Positions 1 through 15,925 of a DNA stretch of 64,000 bases are shown here, one piece after another. The translations under genes were made by a program, and so were the position numbers. The notes beneath the pieces are model-generated. The model saw only the letters and a program-made list of their open reading frames with translations, was not told where the DNA came from and made no database searches. Positions within the stretch are counted from its first letter, which is position 1; each line of letters starts with the position of its first letter. Source of the DNA: the human T2T-CHM13v2.0 reference genome, Homo sapiens; assembly GCF_009914755.1 (NCBI RefSeq), contig NC_060942.1, one strand, 5' to 3'.

Positions 1-482
1 GGCTCGGTGTGATGGATTGCCTAAAGAAACCAACCGACCCTTCGGTAAAGGATTGGGATGTAAACCCACATCTTCACACTCCACATCAGTCTTTTCCATT
101 GCACTAAGACCACAATAATCCGGAATCTCATCAGCATGAAGAACTGGTTCCATGTGAATCAATCTGGATTTAAGTATTAATTAACACAGCCTAAAATGAC
201 TTTAGCCTCTTTGGCAATCATATGACACTATTGCCTTATACAGTTAGAAAGTACTCTCCCTACCCCCAAATCTCTTTTTTTATTTGTTTGTTTTACAAAA
301 ACTGCTGTGACATCATATCTTCTCCTTGTGCCACGGAGTTGCATTGATCCTTATCAAACTCCCTCTTCCTTCCCTCGAAATGTGCCCAATCCCACAGCTC
401 CAGCTAGGTCAGGGGGTATTTTGAACTATCCCTGTGTCACCCAATATAGTATCAACTCCCATAAGAACTAGACCACTCATAC

Positions 483-781
<299 letters not shown>

Positions 782-1280
782 TTTGCTATGCACGTGCTTG
801 TTCTCATCATGGAGCTATTGATCACACTGCTGGAAAGCACAGCACTGAGGATGGAGCCCTAGGGCACAGATTCCAAGTACAGTTTCCTGAGGAAATATGA
901 TGGCAGAGTATATGTTCAGATGCCACCATTGCATCTTGACTGTGACAACCATGGGTGTGTAGAGAGGGAGCAGCGTGAGTGTCACCGCCACTCCCCCACC
1001 CCACCCCGAGATATACCCCCTCCATCCAGCAGCGGGAGGCTGATGAATTTGGAAGGAGAGAGACACATGTGGAGACATCTCCCACATCCTCCTGACATAA
1101 AATCATTATTCTATTTCATTACAGACCATGCTCAAGGTCACCATGAAGGTCATTCAGTGCCACTGCTTTTCCCCACCTCTGCCTCACCGGTAGACTTCAA
1201 GTTGCTTGGAAAAATCCTATCCCAGCTTCCTCATTTTGGAGCTTCCTCTTAACTGAAGTAGACCACCCCCCACCAAGCCA

Positions 1281-1311
1281 ACACACACACACACAGACAC
1301 ACACACACACA
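1281..1311. repeat. (CA)n microsatellite, interrupted
   Basis: ACAC run with one AG interruption. Confidence 0.9.
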
Positions 1312-1965
1312 GCTTGACTCTTTCTAATTACTTAGTACCCTCTCCTTTTCCTGTTACCATTTTCTCCCAAACAGATGGTGTTTATAGACAGAAAAGAAAT
1401 GGGAGTTATTCAGCTGCAAGGCTGGTAATTGATACCCAGAAATCTACCCTCCAAAGACACCAGCAGAGGGGGGCTCTCATGGATGCAGCAACTAAAATGG
1501 CTTGGAGCAGAGACCGACTCACCTGGCCTGGGCCGTGTCCAAGGGGCAGGACAACAACTTAGTGTGCTAGAAGCCAGCTAGTGAGGTGTGTGTTCCTGGC
1601 TGGCTTTTTCCTGCTTCCCTTTGAATTTCCAGGGCTGTATGTGTGAGCTTTATGTTCATGCAGCCGGCAGCAAACAGAGACCTGCTTTTCCCTGAGCTGG
1701 TTGGCAGCCACACTGCCAGCAGCTATTTGCTGAGTTTCTGCTTGATTCCTGTACTCTACTCTCCACTTGTTGCTGTGGGAGACCCAAGAGAAATGCAAAG
1801 GCTCTTAGGGTGATGAGCAGGCTGTGCTGTCAGGGCACTCTGCCCTTTTAGAAATGCCCTAGCCAAAGGGATTTGAAGATAGGACAGGAGGCAGAGAGGG
1901 AATGAAGGGGAGAGAGTGTGTTTGTATATTAGGAACTATAGGAATAATCGTTAAATGTGGAATAT

Positions 1966-1967
<2 letters not shown>

Positions 1968-2011
<44 letters not shown>
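1968..2011. repeat. (CA)22 microsatellite
   Basis: Uninterrupted CA run. Confidence 0.95.
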
Positions 2012-2012
<1 letters not shown>

Positions 2013-2559
2013 TTGGTACCCAGGAATCTTGGGGACAGATGGAAAGGAGGTTTGGGTTTAAGGTGGGAGAAGAGTTCAATTTCTGAACCAGTTGCCAGGG
2101 GAGTTCTAATGGTGGAGTCCGAAAGTGGGTAGAAAGTATGGGGTGGCTTAGGGGTCCCGGGCACTGAGAAGGGTCATGAAAAGAATCACAGGTTCCCCCG
2201 TCATCCCAGGACGAGGGCTTTCCTAGTCATAGACAGCTTCTTTGTGGGGCAGGGGTCTGTCTGCAAGAGGTTCTGGCAATGCATGGGATTTTGAGGCATC
2301 TCCCAAACCTTAGCCACTAACAGTTTCAGGGACCTCTTTATGCCACTAACAATTTCAGGGATTTCTTTCCTTTTCCCATAAAAAGATAATCTCTTTCTGG
2401 GCCAATGCCTAAAATGTGTGCAGCAAAGGGAAATATTTTTAAACCATAATTATACCCAAATCAAAAACTTTATGCATAATACACTCAAAAAACCATAATG
2501 AAATAAGGCCTAAAGTGCAACAGGTTAAACTGAGGGGGAAGATACCAAGTGGAGGTTTG

Positions 2560-2760
2560 GAGTATAGGCTTTGAAATTAGGTGGGGCCTGAGATCTGTCC
2601 CAGCTCTTCTGTTGGCTTCTTAAGAGGTTTCCATCACTCTCAGACCCTCATCTTCTTAATCTGTAAATTGGGGACTGAGATCTACACCTTCCTTATAGGG
2701 GTCTTTTAAGGATTAAAAGAGCGATTGTCTTTTATGCAGTCATGTCAATAAACAGCAGCT
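2560..2760 (+). mobile_element. MIR remnant
   Basis: Degenerate MIR core (CTCATCTTCTTAATCTGTAAATTGGGG...AGGATTAAA). Confidence 0.6.
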
Positions 2761-4749
2761 ATTATGAGTCCATCCATGCAAATATGTTTTACTTTAGGTG
2801 TGAAAGGTTCATTGATCAACATATAAATGATAGGATTTCTACTTATGTAAGAGAACAAGCAAAGAGAACATGAGGACAGTGAGAGGATCAAAGGGAGAGA
2901 AAGAAGAGGAAAGAAAAGACAGGAGCAAAAACAACGAAGGCTGGGCTGAAGACAAGGGACAGCACAGGTTTATGATCTTGGCCAGAACCAGCTTTTGGTT
3001 CCCAGGAGCAGGTGGAAGACTTTGATTACACTCAGCAAGGGATTATCATCCTGCCAGTTACTGAAGCAGATAGCTTGGCTTTAAACTGTTTCTGTGCTTA
3101 TTTGGCTTGGGCAAAGAAATCTTCTTGCCAGGTCAATTGCTAATTAAATAGCCTCCAGATTGAGACTTGGTCTCTGCCCTTGAGCCATATACAGTCTGGA
3201 TGAGGAGATTAAGTACCAGTGAACAGAAGATGATGACCACCTGAACTTCGAAGGGGCCAGAACAAGCATTGGAAGCAGGGCCCAGGGCTGGGCTGGCCAA
3301 GGGGACCACCTGGAGGCATGGTACTTTGGGCTGAGCCTTGAATAGTAGGTTGTGCACAACCAGAACCAGTGGAAAGGAAATTCCTGGCAGGCAGAATAGC
3401 AAAAGGATAAAAGAGGAAGACTAGCTTCCCTGGAATGAAGGACTTGTGGCCAAAGGTGGCAGGGGGCTGGTCAGTTCCAAATGAGGCCACAGGTAGGGAA
3501 GGTTCTATTGTGTGCAGCTCAAAGACTCAGGTTCCCAGGGAGGTATGTCGATTTCCTGACGATGGGGCAGAATCGATGGTAGGGAAGGGCGGGAAGGTCA
3601 AAGTAGGGTATCCAAGCAGAGGGAACCATCTCAGAAAATGCAAGGCAAGCAGAACATGCTGGGGGTGGGGGAATGTGGCAGGGGGCCAACCATGTGACAG
3701 CCGCACCTGAGTTAGGGAAGATCCTCAATTTGGGGAAGTGGCGAGTTGGGTGGGAGGTTTCCTGCTTGCTCATTTCTTGTTTAAGGGACAACAAATTCTA
3801 CTACAAATAAAAATACAACTTAATCTAATGTTCCATAGAAAGTACAAACTTTTGGGAAATCAGGCAACAGGTCTACACATGCAGAAGGAAAAAGATTTCA
3901 AGCCGGTATGTTTTTAACTCAATTTTCTAGATTTGCCTCAGTTGCATCAAGCATGTGTAGACAGCCATGTCCTCTAGTGCCTGATTCAAGTTATTTTCAG
4001 ACTTTATCAGCACTGTCCTTGGAAGTCACTGTAGCCTCCATGTTATAAGCTGAATGATGATAAATATGTGGCAATTTTCTTCTTTCATTCTTGTCATTCC
4101 CATACATACTACTTTAATGGCAAAGCAATGAGATTACTGGCATAAATGCCTTCCTGTCCCCAAGCTCATCCCTGGATCATTTTGCCTGAGGTTGAAAAGC
4201 AAAACAAACCAAATCAGTAAAGCATCTTCTTTCAAATAAGGGGATATTCCTTGGTATTCAAACTATATTTTTCAATTGTTCAAAATCGGTTTATTTGGTT
4301 TCTGTAGAATACAAGAAAGTTAAAAGGTGATTTTAGGGGCTCAAATGAAAGAACAACTTCATTGTTAATTCAACCTGTTTTGTTAGGATATTTATGCCTC
4401 AAATAAAGAATAAAGAATAAAAACTCAACACAATGGGAGAATTAGAATCTGAATTGTGATAAAATTCATGCCTGTATTTATCAATTATGAAAGTGATTGG
4501 GATACCCTCTAGCCTGAGCTGAAGCCAGGCTTATCAAACACACTCTGTTCATGAGGATTAACTATTAACTTTAATTCAAAAATATCAGTACACACAGGTA
4601 CTCCAGAGAGCCTTCCCAGCTGCAATAGACCCAACACACTAATTTACTAACAGTCATTAACCAGTCTGAGAAGTCAGTACGTGGTGACAGACCAAATATT
4701 TCATGCAAAAGTGAAACAAGTGAGATGCCACCAAGTGCAGTCACACAGC

Positions 4750-5960
<1,211 letters not shown>

Positions 5961-6169
5961 ACTGTTAGTAATGATCAACTCTAGGGTGTCGGACATGAAG
6001 GAATGGGGAACTTTAATTTTTACCATATTCCCTTTCAGACTATATTTTTTATAGGAATGTTTAAACCGTCTTTTGAAAAGATGTTGTCTCAAAACTAGAA
6101 GCCATCTATTAACAGGTAACTACTCTTGGCACACCCTCAGTGTGATTGATGAGGATTAATGAAGGGTGA

Positions 6170-7103
6170 AGATATTTGTCAGTCCAACTGGGCCCATAAG
6201 ACGCCTTGAGATTCTCCTCCCAGTAGAGGGAGGCCTTGGTCCACAAGGAAGTCATGTCCACTCACAACTGCAAACCTCTAGGCACGAATGACTCCATCCA
6301 ACCTCCCCACACTAAGAAACCTGACCAAACTCTAGGATGGCTTCTATCAGCCCAAGACTGTGAGCCCAGTCCCTCTTAAAGTGCCTGCCTGAGAAGTCTC
6401 AAATACTGCCTAAAGAATTTGTTCCAGCTAAAACAACTATAGGCCCCTGCCCTCCTTTTGCTTAGAGCAGTTACTTTAGAAAACTTACAATTATAAATCC
6501 TTTCTCTGCCACTTTGAGATGTAAATCTCCTTCCACCCAGAATCTCCTTCCACCCAGAGGACCTGGGAACCATGGCTTTGAAATGCAAACATCTAGGGAC
6601 ATAGCTCCCTTGTCTCCCGGTCTCTGTGGGAGGGTAACAGACCAAATTCAGTGGGTGCCTTGCTCCAATTTGCAAAACTACCTCCTGCCATAAAGATATG
6701 AGATATTTGTTTCTCCTCCAGATAAGCACTAATTAACAAACACAGATGGCTAATCACATTGACCACCCCGCCGCCCCACTTTTACATTCTTCAGTACTTT
6801 TCCTTTAGCACAATCCAACCTACAGTTTAAAAAGCCTAGGCTGGGTACAGTGGCTGATGCCTGTAATCCCATCACTTTGGGATCCCAGGGCAGGAGGATC
6901 ACTTGAGGCCAGGAGTTCAAGACCAGCCTGGGCAACACAGTGAGATCCCATCTCTCCAAAAACTAAATAAATAGTCTCCCATCTGTTATTTCAGTGGAGT
7001 TGAGTTTGGTTCTATACTAAAGTCCCTCTCTCCCCTGCTGGAGTAGACTGAATAAAATCAATCTTGCCACCTCTAACAGCTGTCCTGCTGTTTCTCTTTG
7101 ACA
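6170..7103 (+). mobile_element. ERV1-class solo LTR (MER34/MER39-like) with an Alu monomer inserted
   Basis: LTR-like text TTAAAGTGCCTGCCTGAGAA, AATAAA near 7051, ends TTTGACA; 5' boundary approximate. Confidence 0.55.
6838..6973 (+). mobile_element. Free left Alu monomer (FLAM-like)
   Basis: Single ~135-nt Alu arm followed directly by an A-rich tail. Confidence 0.85.
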
Positions 7104-7299
7104 CCACTGATGAAGGAGGACTTGGTCCCTGGGAAGGCCAGGACCATGGAGGAGGATTTGGCATCTACCCAAGTGGTATTTACATTTACTAAACCTCTGC
7201 CTCCCTGTAAATACCAGGAGAAGAAGAGGGCAGAGGTGCTCATTATGCAAAAGACAACTGAAACGTGCAAGAGGGACTTTTCCTTCATATGAATGATAG

Positions 7300-7510
7300 G
7301 AAATCTTATTTATTGAGTACTTTGTAATGTACTGAGAAATATGCTAAGCTCTTAGTATACAGCATTTTATTGAATCCTTAGAACAACTTTCCAAGGTAGG
7401 TGTCATTATTTTCTTGGAATTCATACTTCAGAAAGATTAAGAAACTTGCTCCAGGTCACACATAAGCTCATAAGTAGCAAACCTAGGAGTCAAACTCCAG
7501 AGTCCCCGTT
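7300..7510 (-). mobile_element. MIR
   Basis: TTTATTGAGTACTT...AAGAAACTTGCTCCAGGTCACACA is the reverse MIR core. Confidence 0.75.
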
Positions 7511-7785
7511 CTCCAGAAGCTTTAGTGTGACCTGGATAAAAAGCCTTGTAGCTGTGCAAATGAAGTACAGCTGAAATTTGTTGTTTATCTTAGAAAGTTT
7601 TCTTTCCATGGAAAGTAACTACATCTTAGTATATGGCACTAGTAATGGCATTACTAAAACAATAAGAATGACACACAGCTCTGTGGTGAAACACTCAGCT
7701 TTATTTTTCCCCAAGCTGGGTTTCAGGCCACTGAAATGGGTGACCATAGTACAGATCACAGAACCTTGCCTTCTTTTCTTCCTAG

Positions 7786-8112
7786 TGAGATGGCCAGGTG
7801 GGAGGGGGTCCCTGGCAAAACTCCAGCTGGCTTGCACAGTGGGGTGGAGCCTCCAGAAGCTCATGCCATTTGCAGTGGGTAAGAGCCTGGCCCCTCCTCT
7901 TCCTGCATAGAACCTGGGATTCAATCTGTAAGGTGGGAAGTGCAGCAGCAGAGAACTCTGGCCTTGCGGAGAGTCCCTGTTCCCACTTACTTTCCTTTTC
8001 ACCAAATAAAACCCTGCTTTACTCATGCATCAAATTGTCTGTGAGCCTACATTTTTGTGGCCATGGGACAAGAACACCATCTTTAGCTGAGCTAAGGAAA
8101 AGTCCTGCAACA
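7786..8112 (+). repeat. 5' LTR of provirus
   Basis: TG...CA termini (TGAGATGGCCAGG...GCAACA), internal AATAAA. Confidence 0.88.
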
Positions 8113-8116
8113 TTTT

Positions 8117-8134
8117 TGGCACCCAACGTGGGGC
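8117..8134 (+). other. Primer-binding site complementary to tRNA-Lys(CUU)
   Basis: TGGCACCCAACGTGGGGC versus canonical TGGCGCCCAACGTGGGGC (one CpG transition), just after the LTR. Confidence 0.85.
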
Positions 8135-10923
8135 TTGAGAAGTGGTGAGTGAGATGCAAACCAAGAATTCTTTTCCCCTCTCTCTTTGGAGCCTTTTCAT
8201 CCTAGGAGTTCTGAGCTTATGGGAAATCACATTCCCAACTCCTGTCGCTCCCGGGGGTTAGGAGCCTTTTCATGGCCTTACCTTCCTTTTTCAGGATGGA
8301 CCTGGTGAGCAGCCGGCTTGCCACTGCTCCCCGCTCCTTGCTGGGGCTGGGACCCATGGCCCAAGGGTCCCACACAGCCAGCTGGCTGGTTCCCAGCCAC
8401 GTGCCATGCAGCCTTCCTCTTCCCCAGCCAAGGGATTTTACTCCATTGGACAGTAATTAAACTTTTCTCCTTGTGGAGAAACCAGTTACATAAGAATAAG
8501 AAGTTCTTCCCCAGGCATTTTTAAACTGTTTTTTTTTTCCTTCACCTTCTCCACCCCATCAGCAGTTACCATTTAGTGAGGTTTTTTCTTTCAGAAGAAG
8601 TTTTGCTAGGCTAGGAATGATAAGCGCCCCTGTTTATATTCTCCGTAAAGTTTTGGTTGTGAAAAAGGATCTTGTGGGGACTGGGTTTTCTTCTGCCTGT
8701 CAGTGTGTGTATTGTGTGTGATGTCTGTAAAAAGAGCTCTATTAATTTGGCCTAAAGAAAAACGAGTGCTTGAATCAAGCATTTTTTTTTTTAAGGGAAG
8801 TTAAAAGCTGTGGTACCTTTCAGTTCACATGACTTTAATCTTTGAGAAATAAAAACAGCTCTAAAGACTATTGGTAAAATGCAGGTCAGGTGCAAGGTTT
8901 GCTAAATGTTTTGAGGTTACAAACTGATTTTTGAGTTTGGGAAACTATTTGACTTGCCGGCTTCACAATTGGTAGGGCCTGGGGACATGTAGAACTAACC
9001 ACACCCTTAATTAAGAAGGCAACTTTGGCTGCACTGAGCACACAATTAAAGCAACTTACCAGATTTTACCCCAAAGTTAAAAATTGCTAGGAGTTACCAT
9101 TATAATGTATAATTGAAACTACTGAAAATAAATTTACATGCAAGGAGTGTAAGAACAGTAAAATGTGTTTTTTAGTAAAAGGTTACAAAAAGCCATGGAA
9201 ATGTACATTTTTGCCTATGGTTAAAGGATTGTTTTGAGTTAGGAAAAGCTGAAGGTTCAAACAAGTGGTGGAAAGATTGTGGAAATTAATCTTGCAAAGG
9301 GGTTCTCTATGTGAACATATTGACTAAATTCAAAAAGGTTATAAAAGGTTTTTGCTTCTTTAAATTTCTGAGTCATCATTTTGGCACAATAAATAACTTA
9401 TGGTAATCTGGAATTCTATTTCCTAATATCAAGGGCTTCAAATACATGTAACGGGCTTCCCAAAATCAAACTTCAGTTTCAAAATTGTCTTTCCTGACAC
9501 CTGGCTTTTCAGATGAATCAGAGGGCCCCTGAGACATCCATAAAAGAGAGGTAAACAGGATTATTTGACATGTTTATGCCAAAATGATGTGGGATTGCCA
9601 AAATGATGTGCAGTCTTCTTTAGGTTATATCTTGGTAAACTATGCTAATATGCATTCCAAAATTGTATGGGATTTCTAAAATTATAATATCTAAGTATAT
9701 GCTACCAATCATAATTAGGGTTGTTATGTTAAGTTATTGTAAACTACAGAGATAACCAAACTTCTTTGTCAATTGTGTTTCTAACTGTAACTACCCTGGA
9801 CATTTTGCTATTCACAGACAATTGTTGTCCTGTTTTAATCCTTTTCAAGAGATGGTCTACAATATGCTGTAGGCCTTTAACATGTGCTCTCAAATATAGG
9901 CTTCTGATAACTTTGGGGATTGTAACATTGGAATAAAGGAAAATGTACAGGACTCATAAAGAGCTGAAGTGTTCATGAACATCAAGCAAAACAAAAGTTA
10001 ACTAAATGAACCGAACTCAGAAAGCTGAAGCAACCTTTTGACTTTCGCTTGGATTATTGCTGATCCTTGTTTTGTTTTTCAGAGTCAAGGAAACTTACCT
10101 TGAACTATTTATGGTCTTTAATAATTGAGTAAGGTATATGCCTATGAACAAAATTTGGAGCATGTTTGTTTCTCTCTGCCTGGTTCCTCTAAAATTTGGA
10201 AACTGTCTCTGATTATTCTTATGGCAATATATTTGTTCACATCAGTGCAATGAGAATCCATTTTCCTTTTGCAACAGAACGAAATTGGAGAAAGTGTTTA
10301 TTCTACCAAGGCTTTGACTGGAAGGGTATGCTTCCCTTTAAGGAGTCAGTCTTGGCTTGCAGAGACAATAAAAACCCAGTGGGGAAACTGGCCTCATACA
10401 CTTGCCAACACAGTACCTATACAGGGTTTCTGACCTGTAGTCAGTAAACAATGTCACTTTCTAACAGGTCCAGAAGCTCCAAGTTTATCTTGGGACCTTA
10501 GGAGGAAAGGATCACTTAACTTGCAGGTTGGACTCTGCTTTAAAAGGTCTTATCTGAGATTCCTTGGGGAACAGAGTTCCATCAAAGCCAATCCTAAAGG
10601 CTTATATAGAAATAATTATTCTTGCTGCACTTTATGCAAACAGTCAGGCCAAATATGAAAGTAAAGTCTATTTTTCAAACCGCTCAGTCCTATGATGATA
10701 CGTTTTTTAAACAAAAATGAGGACTGGAGAGAGAGAAATTATATTTCAAAACTTATAATACATTTGTCATTAACTTCCAAACTCACTAGTTGTTTTTAAT
10801 ATTTTGCCTACATTTTACACTAACCCTGCTTGTTCCTGTGAACCTACCAGCAATCTCCAGCTGCAGCTCAGAAAGAACAAGAGGGATGGATAATGTAAAA
10901 ATCTGGATCAATATTCTAGTTCT

Positions 10924-11225
<302 letters not shown>

Positions 11226-12536
11226 CTAGTTCTGAGCAATTATCCTGTATATCCTCCTAGGTGATGGGATTAAATAGGATGCCCACCATTTGGAGGTTCC
11301 CTATTTGAGAAAGTAAGACCAAGGGAGCTAACCAAAGCCAAGCACAATGCACCCAAATCCTAGCAGGCATAACCATAGCCACTAGTTATCTGGGTGTGTC
11401 ACAAGACATCTTTTTCTCTCCCTTATTGGAGGAGGACTCAGTTCCACAGTTATACCTTAGCATTTGGCTTATGATAAGAAGTCCATGCAACGTGCAACCC
11501 CCCCGCTACCGAGACATATTTTTGTCCCAAACTCAATTCCAAGCTTCAGGTCAAAGCCATAGGAAAGAAAACTGGATTTAAGGGATCCAGAGGCAGAAGA
11601 TAACAGAGGTTAAAAGGCACAGGGCAGGTAAGCACGGCTGATTCCTGCCAATTAAGACAAGCCCAAGCTTCCTGTTTCATGGATAAAGGCCATGTTAGTA
11701 CTATGGCATAAATGAGTTCTAGGGAATTCAAGGCTACTGAAAGCAGGGGAGATAAGGTGTATGTGGGTAAGAGTGGATGACTCCCACCCCCTAGGCCTCC
11801 CTGCTTCATGGGTGCAAGCCGCTTTGGCACACATGATGGTGCCTGCCAACGTCACCAGGACTCGGGAATGCAAGGACAGAAGAGGAAAGGGGATCGTCTT
11901 CCCTCTCTCCCTCACATACCCCGAGTATCTGCTAGGAAGAGAAGGGAACCAGGGATACCTGCTTCCCTCTTTCTCGATGGGTAGCCATTCGTCTTCAGTC
12001 TGTACCCCATTTGAATGCATCCTGAATCCCTGGGACTCCTTTAAAAGGTGCCTTCTTTTTTCCTTTCTTCTCCTCTGACCTCTCTTTGCTGATAGGTAAT
12101 TGTGTCTCTGTACTACAGGACACTCCCTTCAGATGCATCCTCCAAACTGGAAAGAGTTAATTTCCCAAACCTTAAACTGGCTGGCTTAAGATTGGGCTCA
12201 GGGAGAGGGAACCCAGAATCCCAACATGCCAGCAAAAGGGTCAAGTGTTTTTTAATCAGTCAGGCTTTTAACCCCTATCTTCCTGGGCAAACTGGTAAAA
12301 GGCCTTGGGATTTTTTAGCTGTCCTTACCTCCCCCTTGTTTTGTTTTGATACATAATTTCTAGTAACTCATTTTATCTATTCTTGCCTTCAGGTCATTAA
12401 ACTCCAAATGTTCATGCAACTGGAGGCTCTGAGGATGGCCCCTTCTGCCAGGAACCCTTAAATAGGTCTCTGAGATCTGATTACCATTTCCCCAAAACAG
12501 CACCCCTGTCACCTTCCTGCCAGCAGGAAGCAGTTA

Positions 12537-13194
<658 letters not shown>

Positions 13195-13224
13195 CCAGCA
13201 CCCATTGGTCTCTGAAATTCCTCC

Positions 13225-13342
13225 CCTTGTATATTATCTCACTGCCCAGCTAGAACATCAGCTCCCTATGGGTAGGGAATTTTCTGTTTTGTTAATTTCT
13301 GCATCTACAGTGTCTATGGAAGTGCTTGGTCCATGGTTGAAG
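13225..13342 (+). mobile_element. L2 3' end
   Basis: CTAGAACATCAGCTCCCTATGGGTAGGGAATTTTCTGTTTTGTT...AGTAAATATATGTTG resembles the L2 terminus. Confidence 0.7.
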
Positions 13343-13495
13343 CCCAGTAAATATATGTTGGAGAAAGGAGGAAGGAGGGGGAAAAGTGGGGGAAAGAAGA
13401 AGGGAGGAAGGAGAAAAGATGGATGGAAGGAAGGAAGGAGGAAATGGAGGGAGGGAGGGAGGAAGGGAGGGAGGATGAGAGGGAGAGGGAGAAAA
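13340..13495. repeat. GA-rich low-complexity tract
   Basis: GGAA/GGGA runs. Confidence 0.85.
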
Positions 13496-13699
13496 CATAA
13501 ATGGGATTTAGAAATTTAGTACCTCTAGTTCAATTCTCATCCCTATTCAGACTGAACAGTGAGCGAGCTGTGGCCAGAGAAGTGAAGTCAACAGCCAGTT
13601 GGGGGCAGTTCTCCATGTCTCAATCAGGTTAATTATTTCCTCTTTCTTGGTGGTGATGATAGGGGAGGGAAGGGGGTGGCTTTGAGAAGAGCTGAAATT

Positions 13700-13949
13700 T
13701 GACAGTTTCTCAATCTCAGCACTGCTGATATTTTGGGCCAGAAAGTCCTTGGTTATGGGTGCTGTGCTGTGCGGTACATTGTAAGGTGATTAGCAACAAC
13801 CCTGGCCTCTGCCCACTCCATGCCAGTAGCACTGTCCCCCTCCACTTGAGCTGTGACAACCACAGATGTCTCCAGGCATTGTTAAATGTCCTGGCGGGGG
13901 TGGAGGCCAGGTATGTGGACAAAATTAGCCAAGGTTGAGAACCACTGGA
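13700..13949 (-). mobile_element. MER20 hAT DNA transposon
   Basis: TTCTCAATCTCAGCACTGCTGATATTTTGGGCCAG...GGTTGAGAACCACTG. Confidence 0.85.
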
Positions 13950-14199
13950 GTATTTAAAATTCAGTGCTTCAAGAGAAGTGGGGGACATTTCAGGCTCTGA
14001 GGTATGAAAGCCACGGCACAAACCGTGGAGGCAGCAGAAATCTTGGGATCTGGCATGATCCCAAACTCAGAGACAGAGGAATATTCATCAACATGATGAC
14101 TCAGGAAATGAATGTTTTCATGGTCTGCCAGCCCTTCCAGGTAAGAAGTTAAGAAATTTAATAAGAAAATTGATCTCTACGCACACGAGGAAAGAGAAT

Positions 14200-15010
14200 C
14201 TAATGAGCAACAAGCCAGGCAGATTCAAAAGCCTCCAGTTATTCTCCCTAACACAGACACAGCCATTTTTGAACACAATTATGAACTTGAAACCCCACAG
14301 GGGAATTCAGGAGAAATCATTGAAACATTTATTTGATGTGAAACCTCTGACCCAAGCAATTCATAATCAATTAAAGTGGTAGGGCCTGGAAGATTTGACG
14401 GTAGCATAGTTCTGGGTTTTATTGACAAATGGTCGGTACAAGTAATAATTGGTGGCATCTTAAATTAGATCTGAACGTCAATAAAAATCAAGAAGGATTC
14501 CACAGAGCTCAGTACCGGAAACTATATTATCCAATATGCAGTGCTCATTAACAACCTGGAGGAGAAAGTCAATTTGAGTTAGATTACATTTTCGGATAAT
14601 GCAAAATGAGTGAGAAATGGCAAATACCAAAGATAAATTAAAGTTAAAATTACCAAAGGGTCTGAATATTTGAGAACCTTGGTCAGAACTCAGTAAGATG
14701 AAATTTAACATGAAAAAGGAAAATATTACACGGTCAGGCTTGGTTACACCTGAAGGTCCGAGGAATCAGATAGCACACAGGGGAGGCTGGGGTGTGGTGG
14801 ATAAGCTAAAGGGAAACTTGGCGTTCCTCCCACACACCTTGGAAGGTCGACTTAAGAATTTAGCAGATTGTGCCTTTAAGGAGATTTTGCAGCTGGAGAA
14901 GCAAGTCAGTGTTATAGACCTGCCATCCTAGTCAGAGTTATAGAGTTTTGCTGCAGGAAAATGGAAATTCAGGTGCAGTTTGTATCCTAATATGGCTACA
15001 AGGTGATTCA
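14200..15010 (+). mobile_element. CR1/L3 LINE reverse-transcriptase fossil
   Basis: Broken frames read IPQSSV..ILSN, LINNLEE, FSDN (14589-14600) and W..SKMKFN, matching CR1 RT motifs GVPQGSVLGP, FINDL, FADD and W...N.MKFN in order. Confidence 0.7.
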
Positions 15011-15054
15011 GTGCTTTGCACGTCATCGTTCTATCATCGTCATCATCATCACCA

Positions 15055-15245
15055 CCACTTACCAAGTTCCTATTGATATGCTAGACTGTTCTAAGGACTT
15101 TATTTAGCTTTGAAAAATCCTCACAACAACCAGGTATTATTAGTCACATTGTACAGATGAGAAAACTCACAGAGAGGTTAAGTATTTTGCCCAAGATCAC
15201 ACAGTAAATGGCAGAGAAGGGGTAGGGATTATCAACCCATGTTCT
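15055..15245 (-). mobile_element. MIR
   Basis: TACAGATGAGAAAACTCACAGAGAGGTTAAGTATTTTGCCCAAGATCACACAG. Confidence 0.85.
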
Positions 15246-15276
15246 TTGAGAAACAAACTGCAGTAGAGGGAATCTG

Positions 15277-15316
<40 letters not shown>
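15277..15316 (+). repeat. Pure poly(A)40 tract
   Basis: Counted directly; no SINE/LINE body upstream. Confidence 0.95.
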
Positions 15317-15318
<2 letters not shown>

Positions 15319-15409
15319 AGTAGATTCCTAGCAGATTTGAGGAGTGGTGAACTTTGTAGGTGAGATCAGCCCTAGAGAAAGAAAGATAACATTTACTTTC
15401 AATATGCTC

Positions 15410-15925
15410 CTCCCGTATATCATCTAGGAATTTGTTTGGCTATAACAAAAACCTTAAACAGTGGCTTATACAAATAGGGGCTTATCTGTCACATGTAACA
15501 TGAACACAGTGGTGGACAGATACTAGCAATGATTTTCCATTTCAACAATGCCAAGGCTGAAGTCTCCGTGTATTTCTTGGCCTTTCTCTCAAGATTGCAG
15601 GATGGCTGCTAGAGGTCGGTGGAATGTCTACAGTCAAGGCAGGAAGAAGGTAGAAGGGCTGTGCCATCTATATCTGTTCCCTTGATCACAAAAGCAAAAA
15701 CTTTCCCAGAACCCACTGCAGGCTGACTTTCACCTAAGTCTCATTGGCCAAAACTAGGTCACATGGCCCCTGCTGTTCAGGGGGAGACTGAGAAAGCAGG
15801 ACACAGGACTGCCAAGATTGAATTGAACCATGGTCCATTGCCTGAACCTGGGCCTGGGGCTCTCTGCAAGGAAGAAAGGAAAAGTGGGTATTGGGTAAGC
15901 TACTAATGGTATCTACCACTACCTT
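15410..15925 (-). mobile_element. Old MaLR LTR (MLT1-like)
   Basis: AACAGTGGCTTA..., GATGGCTGC, CTCATTGGCCAAAACTAGGTCACATGGCC motifs. Confidence 0.6.

Noticed and set aside
8117-8140. tRNA-Lys gene
   Set aside because: Only the 3'-complementary ~18-22 nt are present; it is a primer-binding site.
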